A stretch of 64,000 nt of DNA from Mobula birostris (lineage: Eukaryota): positions 3,205,665 through 3,269,664 of the forward strand of contig NC_092384.1 in assembly GCF_030028105.1 (NCBI RefSeq), in the 5' to 3' direction. Of this stretch, positions 1 through 13,301 are shown piece by piece (positions within the stretch are counted from its first letter, which is position 1; the number at the start of each line of letters is the position of its first letter). The notes under the pieces are model-generated. The model ran no database searches, was not told the origin of the DNA, and saw only the letters and a program-made list of their open reading frames with translations. Position numbers and translations under genes: made by a program.

Positions 1-2519
1 CGAAATACTAGAGGAAATGACAGAGCCAGGGTAATTGGAACATTTCTCTGGAATTTAGACAGCTTCGCCGTGAAGAAAAGTTTAAAATAGTGTGGGTGAA
101 AATATGAGAATTGCATTATCTCTGATTGGCCATTTGGAAGGCGTAGACGACTGGGTCGAAGGAATTGTTTCTGTGATGTGTAAGGAGGCCTTTTTCTGAC
201 TTTATTAGACACAGATTTTGTTCAAAGCACTGAAAACTAAATGAAACATCTGTTTTGTTGCCCCGTGTCTATACTCCCACACCTGATAAACAACTGCATT
301 TCCGGAAAGGTTTTGGGCATTCTAAGCTGAGTTGTGCCATGCATGCAAATAATGCAGAGATCTTACCCAGCTCCCTCTGCCGAGTCTGTTTTTTCCACTG
401 AGCAAATTCAGTGGTCAATATATATCTTTATGCTCATCAAAACTTCGCATTTCTTGGTGAACAGAACTGTCATACTTCAAATACACCAACACAGTTCACC
501 TATAAAATTTACATTGTAATTCGTTGCGTAAGAATTACAATTACAAACCACTTACCGTTTTACCATTACGTATTAATTTACCCCATGCGCAATGCTGAAG
601 AGAGGCGAACATCTGCTTCTGACTCGTAAACCGTTATTCTCGAATAAAAGATAAGCAACACATTTCATAGTCCCAGTAACCACATCAGAGTTAAGGGAAA
701 TGTAATATATTCGCTGTTTCCGCTAGTAATTAAGTAACCAATTTGCAGACACAATTCATTCAATCTTACCTCTGCTTGTCTTCACTTTTTTCTCCTTTAA
801 CCTGATCGTATTTCTATTCCAGACACCTACAAGCATACCGATTACATTTTACACATCCAAATACAGGAAAGGAAGTTGTGAAGTTACTTTCCTCTAAACC
901 TTTGTGTTGTACAGGAGTATTACGTCACCGGAAACGGGTACGTGATGCGTAGTAAACTAAAGTAAGGGTGAAAATCTTCGAAAACATTTTATTCAGACAA
1001 ACAGGAATTGCTTCGAAGCGGCGGGGGTGCCTCCCAGTTAACGTAATTGTATGTGAAATGAGTCAACAAAAAATAGAATGCTGCGATACATCATGGGTGT
1101 TCAAGCCATCATGAATCAAATTATATTAGACATACTACTGAAGCAGATTTTGGGTTTGTGCAAGGGGAAGAACGCCAGTATCCGGGAAGGAATTTGGTGT
1201 TTCGTTCTTCACTGAACAGATCGAGTATGCATCAAATTTATTAATAAAATAAATCATTGTAACATCGAAAGATTATATGACTATAAACACCTCCTTTTAT
1301 AGCTAAATATCTAACTGTAAGAGTTTATTAACATTACGCTTAGGGTTTATTAACACTGTATAAGATGAGTTCTTCGAAACTAATTTATAGAACTGACAGG
1401 TCTCTCCCATTTTTTTTCAATTTTCTATATTTAAATTTACCAGGTGACTCAGAGCATCTAGCATCTGCATTTCAGTGCTCAAACATAGAGCTTCACGGTG
1501 TGAGCATGAATGTTTTAACGTTCAGATATGCAATCAATTATCGAAGGGGCTAATTGTGACCGATAACTTTTCTTAAACAAAATTTTCTCTAGCCTGACGT
1601 AAATCTGTTTATTATGTTCGACCCTTCACCTGACTTCTCTCTCATTCCAAATTCAGTATCTTCCTCCTTGCGGAAGATGTATTCCTGCCCTCCTTTATAT
1701 TCTTCGACTTACGTTTAACTTATCGTGTTTCATCATATTCTTTCGAATTGTTTTGATCTTACACCATATTATCAGTCTCCTCTAGTCCATCTCTCTCAGT
1801 TGCTCTTTCGATGAACACCAGATATGTATGTATATTTTCCATTGCAATTCAGATATAAGTTCAGGAAAATGACAGGCTCCCTTTATTTCTTCCTGCACAG
1901 ACCAACTCTCGCGTGCACAGTATTCTTTACGTTTACCATATTGAGCAAAATTATACATGGAAACTCGGGAAACTGTAAACCTCCCTGTTTCATGCTGTCT
2001 AACGCTAATGTGTGTTTAATTTTGTACGACAGAAAACAGATCACAGTTACACTAAGCTGAGGTGCTATTCTGATTTTCTTTCACGGTTTATCCGTATTAT
2101 ATATTTGTTTTTATTTTTAATCATGTTCGTCCATAATATGTTCCTACGTGCCAATATTTGAGGGGTTGCAACATGGCAAGAAATCACATAATATATATTG
2201 ATTTTATTAGAGCAGACCCAGGCAAGTACGTTGTTTTGCAGAATTACAGAATGTGAATATCAAGGGAACTAAATATAATGCAAGTCTACCCCATCAACGA
2301 GCTGTTCGTTCGCCAAGGTGCTGAAGGAGCTGGATTTCGTGCAGACCGCGTTGTTGCTGCTAGGGGAAGGCACTGGAGTCACTGTGTGAAGGCAAAGCGA
2401 ACTGTAACTTCGAGTAATTGTGTTGAATGCTTCTCCTCCGATCATAAGACCCAGTTTGACAATAATAATGTAAAATGCTGCAAAGTCCGCTTCCCTGTTT
2501 GTTGGATTGACAGAAGCCG

Positions 2520-3130
2520 GGAGAGTTGAATGGCCTCGGTTATAGCGAGGACAAGGCCTCAAACCACGGGCTTGCCTGTTGCAGTAATCCAGGAGAGGAG
2601 ACGGCGGAAGCGGTGTAGCGCAGCCTCCATGCTGCGTCGGGCGCTGCCCCTCCCGTTTGTGCTGCCCTGCATTATTCGATCAGTAGAATGACAATAGACA
2701 GTAGACAATAGGTGCAGGAGTAGCCCATTTAGCCCTTCGAGCCAGCACACCATTCACGGTGATCAAGGATGATCATCCAAAATCAGTACCCTTTCTATGC
2801 CTTCTCCCCATGTCCCTTCACTCCGCTATCTTTAAGAAGTCTATCTAAGACAAGCTCGGCTGTGTGCGTACATGCTTGTGCGTGTACATTTGTCTGTTGA
2901 GAAATGCATGTTCTTGCGACAGCACACATGCATCATCAGTTTACAGGGCATGTCACTGAGGAACCTGGGCTATGTTATATTTTTAGTGTGAGTATTTATG
3001 TGTGTTATATGTGGCCTGTGCTGTGATTTACTGTTGATATTCTGTCTTGGCCCCGGAGTAATTTTGTTTCGTTTAACTGTACTGGTGGGTTTTTACGTGT
3101 GATTGAATGATAATTAAGCTTGCACTTGAA
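2520..3130 (+). mobile_element. Non-LTR retroelement 3' fragment (family uncertain); homologue at ~32,075-32,495
   Basis: Ends ..gattgaatgataattaagcttgcacttgaa, a short-repeat non-LTR-type tail; interrupted in copy A by a CR1 tail insertion. Confidence 0.45.
2695..2848 (-). mobile_element. CR1 3'-tail insertion specific to copy A
   Basis: (TAGACAA)-type tail + aggtgcaggagtag..; flanked by GACAA at 2690-2694 and 2849-2853; copy B has the empty site gaatgacaagctcgg. Confidence 0.8.
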
Positions 3131-3557
3131 AAGACTAAGATCCATTTTAGTCATAACCGATTGTGTGGGTACATTGCAAATCGGAAAGTAGAGCAGGATT
3201 AAATAAACGGTTGAAAAAAAAACAATCTAAAACTTTCTTTTTGCGAAGAAGAAGTACTTCAGAATGTGTATTGTATACAATACTCTGACACTAAGTATCC
3301 CTTTGAATCCTTTGAAACAACATATCCCTTCCGAATCTGGCCAGGCGAGTGACAGCTGTACTCAGCTGGTGCAGCCGATTAGTTTGAGTCCGTCTTAGAA
3401 ATTTTCTGCAGCATCATTTTCTATAGCTTCCTGAGTTAAAATCTACACAGTTATGTGAGCGCACCACTGCACCGCCCGCTGTAACATACGGAATTTATTT
3501 ATTTGTTTATAGATCTATTTGGTTGCCATTAAAACGGAATTTTCTTCAATTAAACAG

Positions 3558-3775
3558 GAGGACCAGAGGACCATAGAAACTACAGCACAGAAACAGGCCT
3601 TTTGGCCCTTCTTGGCTGTGCCGAATCATTTTCTGCCTAGTCCCACTGACCCGCACACGGACCATATCCCTCCATACACCTCCCATCCAGGTATCTGTCC
3701 AATTTATTCCTAAATGTTAAAAAAAGAACCCGCATTTACCACCTCGTCTGGCAGCTCATTCCATACTATACTATA
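3558..3775 (-). mobile_element. CR1 3'-tail insertion specific to copy A
   Basis: gaggaccagaggaccatagaaactacagcacagaaacaggcc..; copy B reads aaacagtactatatag uninterrupted (~32,921). Confidence 0.8.
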
Positions 3776-4010
3776 TACTATATAGATCACTGGGCATGAG
3801 TGATCTACACCATTATGTATGCCGAGCATGATGTTCCCGTTAGGGTTTGTTTATTGGTCCCTCTCGGTAGCTGTAGAGGCCGATCCAGAATTCACATATT
3901 TTGGTGCAATGTGGTGTGCTGTTTGTGGGGTTGGTGGTTGAGCGTTTGAGTTTTTTGGTTGTTCAGTTTCTCCTTTGGCAGCTGCGATGAGGTGGTGTTA
4001 GCATTTAACA

Positions 4011-4019
4011 CAGACACCT

Positions 4020-4055
<36 letters not shown>
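4011..4055. repeat. (CA)n microsatellite
   Basis: Direct; the homologous position in copy B is the N gap 33,165-33,320. Confidence 0.95.
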
Positions 4056-4057
<2 letters not shown>

Positions 4058-5069
4058 CAAATTAATGACTTCTTTCTTGCCTTTTCAACGCCCTATTCTT
4101 TTTACTCATGAGAATATTCTTTCGAGTCTCCAATCTTGCGTTGTAGTGTAGGACATTTAGTCGCTGAATGTTTTTTAACGATTTGAGGAATAGGTATTTA
4201 GACACAATGACATCAGAGGATGCAGTGACTCCACAGGAGAATTGGTGTTGTGTGTTCTCATATGGCCGAGGGACTGAATGACGTCCTATTTCTGTCCCCT
4301 ATCCTTCTCCTTCTCACAGTAGAGCCATTCTTGCATCAGCTGTCTCAGAATCCAGATGAATAGTTATTTGAAATACTGTCACCTTACAAAATCTTCAGCA
4401 TAATAATAACGTTTTGTGCACAACGTGTGTACGCCGACTACTCTAGTTATTTATAGTAACTGAAATAGATTTTTTCTTCGGAAGTAAGCCCGAAAGTACA
4501 TCTAAAATAAAACAAAAAATTCCAGATGTGTTTTCCTCAGGCTAGGACGAATGTTAAAATATCTGGCTACTGATAATAGTCATCACTGTTGTAGGGTCTG
4601 GCTGCCTGACCACATGTCCAGGTAGAACAAGATTTATTATTTCCTAAATTATTTCTAAATCTATGCAGTGTTTTTGAAAGACTACTGGTTGCAGAACGAG
4701 CTCTATAAATGCACTTCATTTTGGTTCTCTCATGTCTGAATAATTTATTGAAATTTGCTTTACAGTTCAGTAAAATCTAAGCACAGATTTTAAAGTAACA
4801 AGACCAATTTATACAGCATAAAGGTAAATACACTGCATCTGCTTGTTCTTACAGAATGCAAAATAGAAGGCTACAGACCACGTGGTACGAGATGGAAATA
4901 AGGATGGAGAGGTCGGCATAGATGAGTTGGGCCGAATAGCTTGCTTCTGCACTGCACGATTCTAAGTTTCAGTGTAGATAGGGATTGCTGTCTGCCAGTA
5001 TGTGTCATAGAGTCATATCAGAAACAAGAGAAAATTTGCTGATGCTAGAAATCCAAGCAACACACGCGA

Positions 5070-6560
5070 ACTTGTTCTGGAGCATGTTGATATTAAGGGT
5101 GAGGAGGTGTTGGAGTTGTTAAAATACATTAGGATGGATCAGTTCCCGGGACCTGACGGAATATTCCCCAGGCTGCTCCATGAGCAGAAGGAAGATATTG
5201 CTGAGCCTCTGGCTAGGATCTTTATGTCCTCGTTGTCCAGAGGAATGGTACCGGAGGATTGGAGGGAGGCGAATGTTGTCCCCGTGTTCAAAAAAGTTAG
5301 TAGGGATAGTCCGGGAAATTATAGACCAGTGAGCCTTACGTCTGTGGTGGGAAAGCTGTTGGAAATGATACTTAGAGATAGGATCTTTGGCTATTTAGAG
5401 AATCATGGTCTGATTAGGGACAGTCAGTATGGCGTTGTGAAGGGCAGATCGTGTCTAACAAGCTTGATAGAGTTCTTTGAGGAGGTGACCAGACATATAG
5501 ATGACGGTAGTGCTGTGGATGTGATCTATATGGATTTTAGGAAGGCTTCTGACAAGGTTCCACACGGTAGGCTTATTCAGAAAGTCAGAAGGCATGGGAT
5601 CCATGGAAGTTTGGCCAAGTGGATTCCGAATTGGCTTACCAGCAGAAAGGAGAGAGTCGTGGTGGAGGGAGTACATTCAGATTGGAGGGTTGTGGCTAGT
5701 GGTGCCCCACATGGATGTGTTCTGGGCCCTCTACTTTTCGTGATTATTATTAACGACCTGGATGTTGGGGTAGAAGGGTGGTTTGGCAAGTTTGATAATC
5801 GTTTCACTCCCCGAATCATCTCCCTAACCTTAGATACTGTGCCCAAGCAATAACCTATCAAGCTTTGCGTTAGTACACCCAGCGACCTGGCCGCCACAAC
5901 TGTCTGAGGTAACAGATTCTACAAATTATTCATCGTCTGGCCTTAGGCATTTTTTTCCCGCATCTATGGAGTTTTATGTGGACGCCCCTCTATTCTCTTG
6001 TCCAAGACTTCCCCACCATGGGCAACATTCTTTCCACATCTACTCTGTCTACGCCTTTCAATATTCGAAATGTTTGAATGAGCTCCAGGCAATCCTTCCG
6101 GCTAGTACAGACTCAGAGCCATCAAAAGTACCTCGATTGATAATCATTTCACTCCCCGAATCATCCGTGTGAACCTCCTCTGAGCCCTTTCCAATGCTTC
6201 CTTAGACGAGGGTCCCAGAAGTGTTCATTATACTGAAGGTGAGGCCTTATCAGTGTCTTATAAAGCCTCAGTATCACATCCCTGTTCATGTATTCGAGAC
6301 CTCTTGAAATGAATGTTAACATTGCATTTCCCTCCTCAGCACCGACTCAGCCTGCAAGTTAATATTTAGGTTGTTCTGCACAAGGACTCCCAAGTCCCAG
6401 TACATCTCATATTTTTGGATTTTCTCCCCGTTTGTAAAATAGTCGGTACAATTATTACTTCTACCAAGTGCATGATCATGCTATTTCCAACACTGAATTT
6501 CATTTGCCACTTTCTTGCCCATTCTCCTAATCTGTCTGTCCTTCTGCAGCCTACCTGTTT
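5070..6560. mobile_element. CR1 LINE ORF2 fragments: RT on + (5070-5795) abutting an inverted 3' part on - (5850-6560)
   Basis: ORF 5107-5853: PGPDGI..NYRPVSLTSVVGKLLE..PHGxVLGPLLF..NDLD..GKF; minus part WQMKFSVG..; same arrangement at 34,385-35,530. Confidence 0.9.
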
Positions 6561-6734
6561 CCTCAACACTACCTGTCCCTTTTAGTTTCTAACCCGTTTC
6601 TAAATATTCTCAGTATGAGTAACCTCCGTTTCCGATCCATCCAAACGTCTCACATTTCACCTGTGCTCACGCGTTTGCGATCCGATGACGAGTTAACTGT
6701 TTACAGTTACAAAACGTAGTCTATGCATATTGAA

Positions 6735-8305
6735 AGAACATAAAAACATAGAAACATAGAAACATAGAAGAATAGAAAATAAGCTCAGGAGTGGGCCCTT
6801 CGGCCCTTCGGGCCTGCAACGCCATTCAGTATGATCATGGATGATCATCCAACTCAGCTCCCTGTACCTGCCTTCTCTCCATATCCCCTGATTCCTTTAG
6901 TCACAAGGGCCATATTTAACTCCCCATTAAATATAGCCAATGAACTGGCCTCAACTCTTTCCTGTGGCAGAGAATTCCACAGATTCACCACTCTCTGTGT
7001 GAAGACGTTTTTTTTTCTAATCTCGGTACTAAAAGGCTTCCCCTTTATCCACAAACTGTGACCCCTCATTCTGGACTTCCCCAACATCGGGAACAATCTT
7101 CCTGCCTCAATACTGTCCAATTCCTTTAGGATTTTATACGTTTCAATAAGATCCCCCATCAATCTTCTAAATTCCCACGAATACAAGCCCAGTTCATCCA
7201 GTCTTTCTTCATATGAAAGGCCTGACACCCCAGGAATCAGTCTGGTGAACCTTCTTTGTACTCCCTCTATGGCAAGAATGTGTTTCCTCAGATTAGGGGA
7301 CCAAAGCTGCACATAATACTCTAGGTGTGGTCTCACCAAGGCCTTGTACAACTGCAGTAGTACCTCCCTGCTCCTGTACTCGAATCCTCTTGCTATGAAT
7401 GCCAGCATACAATTCGCCTTTTTCACTGCCTGCTGTACCTGCATGCCCGCTTTCAATGACTGGTGTATAATAACACCCAGGTCTCGTTGCGCGTCCCCTT
7501 TTCCTAATCAGCCACCATTCAGAAAATAATCTGTTTTCCTGCTTTTGCCACCAATGTGGATAACCACACATTTATCCACATTAAATTGCATCTGCCATGA
7601 ATTTGCCCACTCACCTAACCTATCCAGGTCAGCCTGCATCCTCTTAGCATGCTCCTCACAGCTAATACTGACGCCCAGCTTCGTGTCACTGCAAACTTGG
7701 AGATGCTGCATTTAATTCCCTCATCTAAGTCAGTAATATATATTGTAAACAACTGGGGTCCCAGCACTGAGCCTTGCGGTACCCCACTAGTCACTGTCTG
7801 CCATTCTGAAAAGTTCCCGTTTATTCCCACTCTTTGATGCCAACCAATTCTCTGTGCGCATCAATACTATACCCACAATACCTTGTGCTTTAAGTTTGCA
7901 CACTAATCTCCTGTGTGGGAACTTTTCGAAAGCCTTTTGAAAATCCAAATATACCATATCCACTGGTTCTCCCCTATCCACTCTACTAGTTACATCCTCA
8001 AAAATTTCTATGAGATTCGTCAGACATGATTTTCCTTTCGCAAATCCATGCTGACTTTGTCCGATGATTTAACTGCTTTACAAATGTGCTGTTATCACAT
8101 CTTTGATAAGTGACTCTTGCATTTTACCGGTCTATAATTCCCTGGTTTCTCTCTCCCACCTTTTTTGAAAAGCAGGGTTACATTAGCCACCCTCCAGTCA
8201 TCAGGAACTGGTTCAGAATCTAAAGAATTTTGAAAAATTATCACTGATGCATCCACTATTTCTTGGGCTACTTCCTTAAGCACTCTGGGATGCCGACTAT
8301 CAGCT
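6735..8305 (-). mobile_element. CR1 LINE, RT to 3' tail (ATAGAAAC)n
   Basis: ORFs 8095-8283, 7787-7981, 7615-7830, 6854-7456 ([30 protein letters not shown]); tail at 6735-6775. Confidence 0.95.
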
Positions 8306-8561
8306 ATCGAAGCGATGGATACCGAAATCTACTGGAGGATCGTAACTTTGGCAACGTACTGCAACCGATTTCATCCGCTGGATATAAAGGCCACGAGCGG
8401 GGTCAGTCGTTTGGGAACTTCGACTTGAAATAAAGGCTTCACTTTGGTAAATTGACACATATCCTTGTACCACTTAAGTGTACTGCTTGCTTCTTGTGGT
8501 CAAGCAAGGGACATTGTAGTTAAAATGCAATTAGATAATACAAATTCCAGGTGTGGCACGT

Positions 8562-9373
8562 TTACTACTTGGGATTCCGTTCCGAATAAATAACGCCGAC
8601 ACTTTTCATTTTTCTTGGCTGTGAATCAATTGTGTCGTTCTTCCTATGATCAACAATTTCTGCTGTTTTGGTCTCTGCCACGGCGATAGGGGCGTAGGTC
8701 ACGTTCCTATCAGGTGAACTCTGCTTGGTCAGAAAAATCCACATTAGTTGGGATAAATGATTAGTTTCATTTTTTAGTCATTTTGAGTTTCATGTTAAAT
8801 ATAGTCCCGAGAACTTCGCAAAATCACCACTGTCTCAAAAGAGTACCAAGTAACAGTGCTTGTTTCATTCACTGCAAGTATAAATAGTTGAAATTTTCTG
8901 GCCGCTTATCTCTGTTTTCGCTCTACCTTTTTCTGTCACGTAGATGGAATATACTGTATAATTTAATAAAAAGATCAACGGTTTGCACAGTTGAGAAAAT
9001 GGAGAAATAGGATGATAGTCAAGTCATCCATCACCTTACTACATAGCAGAGCAGCTGGATGGACCTAAATGCTCCAAATTCCCATGTTAGTACGCACCTG
9101 CGCGTAGACCGTCCTCTCTTGATTCACGGACCCTGGAACTTTCCGGGATTTGGTAAGATCTAGTGCAGCGTTAGGCACCATCGCCTCGCTTGTAGACTGC
9201 ATAGATCGAAACACAGAAATATACACGTCTTAAAAGGGCAGGCGCCAGAAAAGATCAGTACGCAGAAACATACAATGCCAAATATTAAGCTGTATGGCCT
9301 TCATCAACGCACCTGCACGGACAGTACAAAAGAAAATAACTTACATCGTGTCGACAAAGTTCGTCAGTATGGT
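8562..9373 (-). pseudogene. Gene A cytoplasmic exons (micro-exon, VPNAAL exon, VTYAPI terminal exon)
   Basis: Homologous to 37,535-38,355; TAC to AAC removes the ITIM Tyr; acceptor reads tttttctg at 8731. Confidence 0.8.
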
Positions 9374-9884
9374 CTTTGATATGCCGTAAATTACCTTAAT
9401 TTCCATACTTGCTTGATGTTGGACTTTACAGTCACAAAACTATAATTTCTCGCCAAGAAATAAAAGTAAGTAATAAGTAAATTCAGCTACAGACCATATT
9501 AGTGCTTGCAACCACATACGGTAATTTCAGTTTCCGATTAGTAGCTTCACTTTGTCATAAATGAAAACCCCGTTTCCGGCTACATGTAGCAGTTAAGTCC
9601 GTGAAAAAAAAACGGAACTAGCCTGTCACTTTCTTTTGAGGATACAGTACAGAATAGGGAACTGCTATTCCAGCAGTAGTCTGAAGGTACGACCAGTCCG
9701 CCCCAGGGAAGGACGACAGGTATTTTCGATATTCATGACATTGCACTGGAGTTAAAAACATCCAATAATGGATCACCTATTTTGTTGTTTGCAAGCAGGG
9801 TAGTTAAAAAGTGAGTTCAAAATATCAGCTTAGCATAATAGGATATAATCTCCTATTAATGCTAACAGACAAAATATTTTAGAA

Positions 9885-10130
9885 ACATAAAACATAAAAA
9901 AAAACTACAGTACAATGCAGGCCCTTGGGCCCACAATGCTGTGTCGAACATGTCCCTACCTTAGAATCGGCTAGGCTTTACCCATAGCCCTGTATTTTCT
10001 AAGCTGTATGTAGCCATCTAGTAGTCTCTTAAAAAGAGCGTATCGATTCCGCCTCCACCAACGCCAGCGGCAGCCCATTCCACGCACTCTCTGCCTCTGA
10101 ATAAAAACTTACCCCTGACATCTCCTCATA
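9885..10130 (-). mobile_element. CR1 3' end fragment
   Basis: aaacataaaacataa tail + ctacagtacaatgcaggccc..; homologues at 38,865 and 41,850. Confidence 0.75.
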
Positions 10131-10357
10131 TTGGATGCTAACTAATTTTTGCTGTCTAAAAGACAGACGCTGACTTTCGAGTTTCATTGTTATGCTGTTT
10201 TTAATACTAAAATTGTCTACAAATTAAGCTGATGTTAATTAGAGGAAGTAGCGAGTGTCAACTGTCCTGAGGACATGAATATCCAATCCGCATTTTGATG
10301 ATAATTTTGTAACTTAATAACAAAATACCCACGACAATGAACGTGTATATACATAGG

Positions 10358-10363
10358 CACACA

Positions 10364-10412
<49 letters not shown>

Positions 10413-10430
10413 ACACACACACACACACAC
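10358..10430. repeat. (CA)n microsatellite
   Basis: Direct; homologue at 42,164-42,226. Confidence 0.95.
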
Positions 10431-11323
10431 ATTATGTTATTATATTTTACATACAATTCAATCGGTTTTGGATACATACCCTGAATTGATCGGATGTTTC
10501 TTCCTCCTTTTGCGTGCCTGGAAGTTAAATAAGATAAAACGTTTAGCATATTGTTATCAAAGACAGAGGTTTCACATCGAGTTACTGGACATTACTAAAC
10601 ATTGCGAAAGAATTGCCTCCTTTCCAGTGTTGTTTTATTTTATTAGAATGACTGTTCTGATGTTGACGGATTTTAATGTTGGTTTTTGCCTTTGGGGCTT
10701 ACAATGCCGGCATGGAAAGAGAATTCGTCTGCAAAGTTTGCGAGAGCGCCAGAGTCTCCCCGAATGCCAGAGTTCAGCATTAATGAATTCTGCGTCCCCA
10801 AAAATGCGCTGTGCGTACTAAGTGAATGAGAGAATCCCTAATATTTTAAATTAGAGAATAATTTCTGACGTTGAATTACTGCTTCTAGTTCTTTTAGACG
10901 AAGAATTATTTTTAACCAATTCAAACTAAATTCATCAGGACTTGGTGGTCATTAACGCAAAATCTTAGTTAATGATAGAAGGTGAACATGCTGAGGTCTC
11001 AAAGGCAATCATCTCCTCACTAAGGGGAAAATAAATCAAACAGAGAAACAACGTTATAGTAATAAATGTTGTCGATGATTTCACATGTGGAGATGGTGGG
11101 GCGGATGGAAAGTTGACCACATCATAGATAATAACGGAAAGGGTGAAATACGCTTACGTAGAAAGTATCTTTCTGGATTTTAAAAGAAAGGGCACTGCTG
11201 CCTACAGAGTAAATGTAAAAGCTCAGTTGGTGACAGTTTGGAGCCTTTAGCAGAATGATCATCCCAACTTTGAGAGAGAATGCCAACGAAAACGTAACTG
11301 CACAGAGTGAGCAGTGACAGTGA

Positions 11324-11432
11324 GTACAACTGGACCAACATAACTACTCATAGTGCCGAGTGACGGTCAGTACAACTGGGACCAACATAACGACTCATAG
11401 TGCCGAGGAAAGGTCAGTACAACTGGGACCAA
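11324..11432. repeat. 47-bp minisatellite, ~2.3 units
   Basis: Unit gtacaactgggaccaacataactactcatagtgccgagtgacggtca. Confidence 0.9.
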
Positions 11433-12364
11433 TGATGTTAGTAGTTAGACTCGGAATCAAACAGAGAACTCTAAATTTGAATGTGACACAGATTTGAGAC
11501 AGATCCTCAGTACTGAGAACACTACAGGGGGTTATCAGAATCTTGATAAACTGATCTAACTTGCGCTATAGTGGATTTCAACAGAAGGGACAAGAAGATC
11601 CTTCATTACTTGCAACGTGCGAATCCTATGGTAGAAGCATATAGGGGTCTCGGTGAATAAACGCACGACAATCTTACACTACTTCTTTGGTGGGCAAGAC
11701 CGTAAAACCCAGACAATCAAAACTCAGGTTTAGAGAGCCAAGGCTGAACAAGAGGGACATTATGCTAAACCTGACTGCATCTCACTCAGAGTGACCAGCA
11801 GAGCGGCCTGTCTAGAAACATCGGGCACAAACACGTTTTTTTTTTTTTGTTTTTGAAACTAATTGCAGTATTCGTACTAAAATGTAAGGATATCGATTAC
11901 AGATCGAGACTCCTTTCTCATGACAAGGACGAGGAATGGCATAATAAATGTCATAAACTTTTACGAAATTATTAGGTAATTCGATATAGAAAGATTGAAT
12001 ATGAGACCATAAGACCATAAGACAAAGGAGCAGAAGTAGGCTCTTCGGCCCATCGAGACTGCTCTGCCATTCAATTATGGGCAGATCCAGTTCTTTCAGT
12101 CATCCCCATTCCCCTCCCTTCTCCCCATACCCTTTGATGCCCACACTAATCAAGAAACTTTCGATCTCTGCCTTCATGTACCCAAAGAATTGGCCTACAC
12201 AGCCGCTCGTGGTAGGAAATTCCACAGATTTATCACCCTCTGACTAAAGTAATTTCTCCGCATCCCTGTTGTTAATGGACGTCCTTCAATCCTGAAGTCG
12301 TGCCCTCTTGTCCTGGACTCCTCTACCATGGGAAATAACTTTGTCATATCTAAGCTGTTTAGGC

Positions 12365-13301
12365 TGTGAGGAGATCCTGGAGTACTCCTGTTAACTGTGA
12401 TTNNNNNNNNNNNNNNNNNNNNNNNNNNNNNNNNNNNNNNNNNNNNNNNNNNNNNNNNNNNNNNNNNNNNNNNNNNNNNNNNNNNNNNNNNNNNNNNNNN
12501 NNNNNNNNNNNNNNNNNNNNNNNNNNNNNNNNNNNNNNNNNNNNNNNNNNNNAGTTGCCATGGTGACCGGGGGCTGGTTGTTGATGTTACTTTCAAGGAC
12601 TTGTTGCCTGCTTGCATTTCTTTGCAGGCAAAGGGAGGAGGGACTCTTTAAATGACAGGTGATGCTCAGCTCAGATGAATAAATAGGAGGACAGATGATA
12701 AAGACCTCAGACACATGATCTGGACACTGATTGAGCATTTGTTGTGCCCGCAGGAAAAGTGGGTTTTGGAGGATCGATCAGGCGGATCGATCCAAACTGC
12801 TATTCCAGTGAAGGAGAAGAGGTTGAGTGGTGGGGAGTTGTCTATGTGTCCACCCTTGCCGGGGTGATAGCTCCACCACAGAAAAACCAGTCCCCCTGGT
12901 TAAAGTCAAAGTCGGTGACTTGTGAAGGATTTCGTAGGTCGACAAGAGATCGACGGGAACAGCTCACCTGAAGACTCAACTTTCTCTCTCTCTCTCTCTA
13001 TTTCTCTCTCCATCCCTATTCAACTACATACCACGAACCGAATTGAACTGAACTTTACTCAACATCGTAAGACTGTATATTTTTACCCCTAGACTTAAAG
13101 AAGCTTGTTTTTTCATGCATATATATATATATTCCACACTTACTTTTATATATAATCATTGCTAACCTGTTTAATTTATCTACATTTATATTACTGTATG
13201 GCGTAGTTACTAATAAATATTAGTAGTTTATAGCAAAACTGGACTCCAAAGTGGTTTCTATTTCTGCTGGTTTCTTTATCCCCGTCACGGGCTACGTGAC
13301 A
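12365..13301 (+). mobile_element. Solo LTR (Gypsy-type), copy A only
   Basis: TG..CA termini (tgtgagg..gtgaca), 4-bp target duplication AGGC/AGAC, poly(A) signal aataaa near the 3' end; empty site at ~44,197 in copy B. Contains an N gap. Confidence 0.75.
12403..12552. other. Assembly gap (150 N)
   Basis: Run of N inside the solo LTR. Confidence 1.

Noticed and set aside
2269-2562. Minus ORF with FYIIIVKLGLMIG (TM-like with Lys) and Cys-rich plus ORF 2278-2529
   Set aside because: Hydrophobic run is too short, the minus frame hits TAG in copy B, there is no convincing exon context, and it adjoins a repeat.
10703-10817. Candidate exon with good acceptor (ttcacttag) and donor (gtaagc), also at ~42.5-42.6 kb
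   Set aside because: 115 nt; the phase-1 reading needed to follow the TM exon contains TAA, and the open frames show no recognisable motif.
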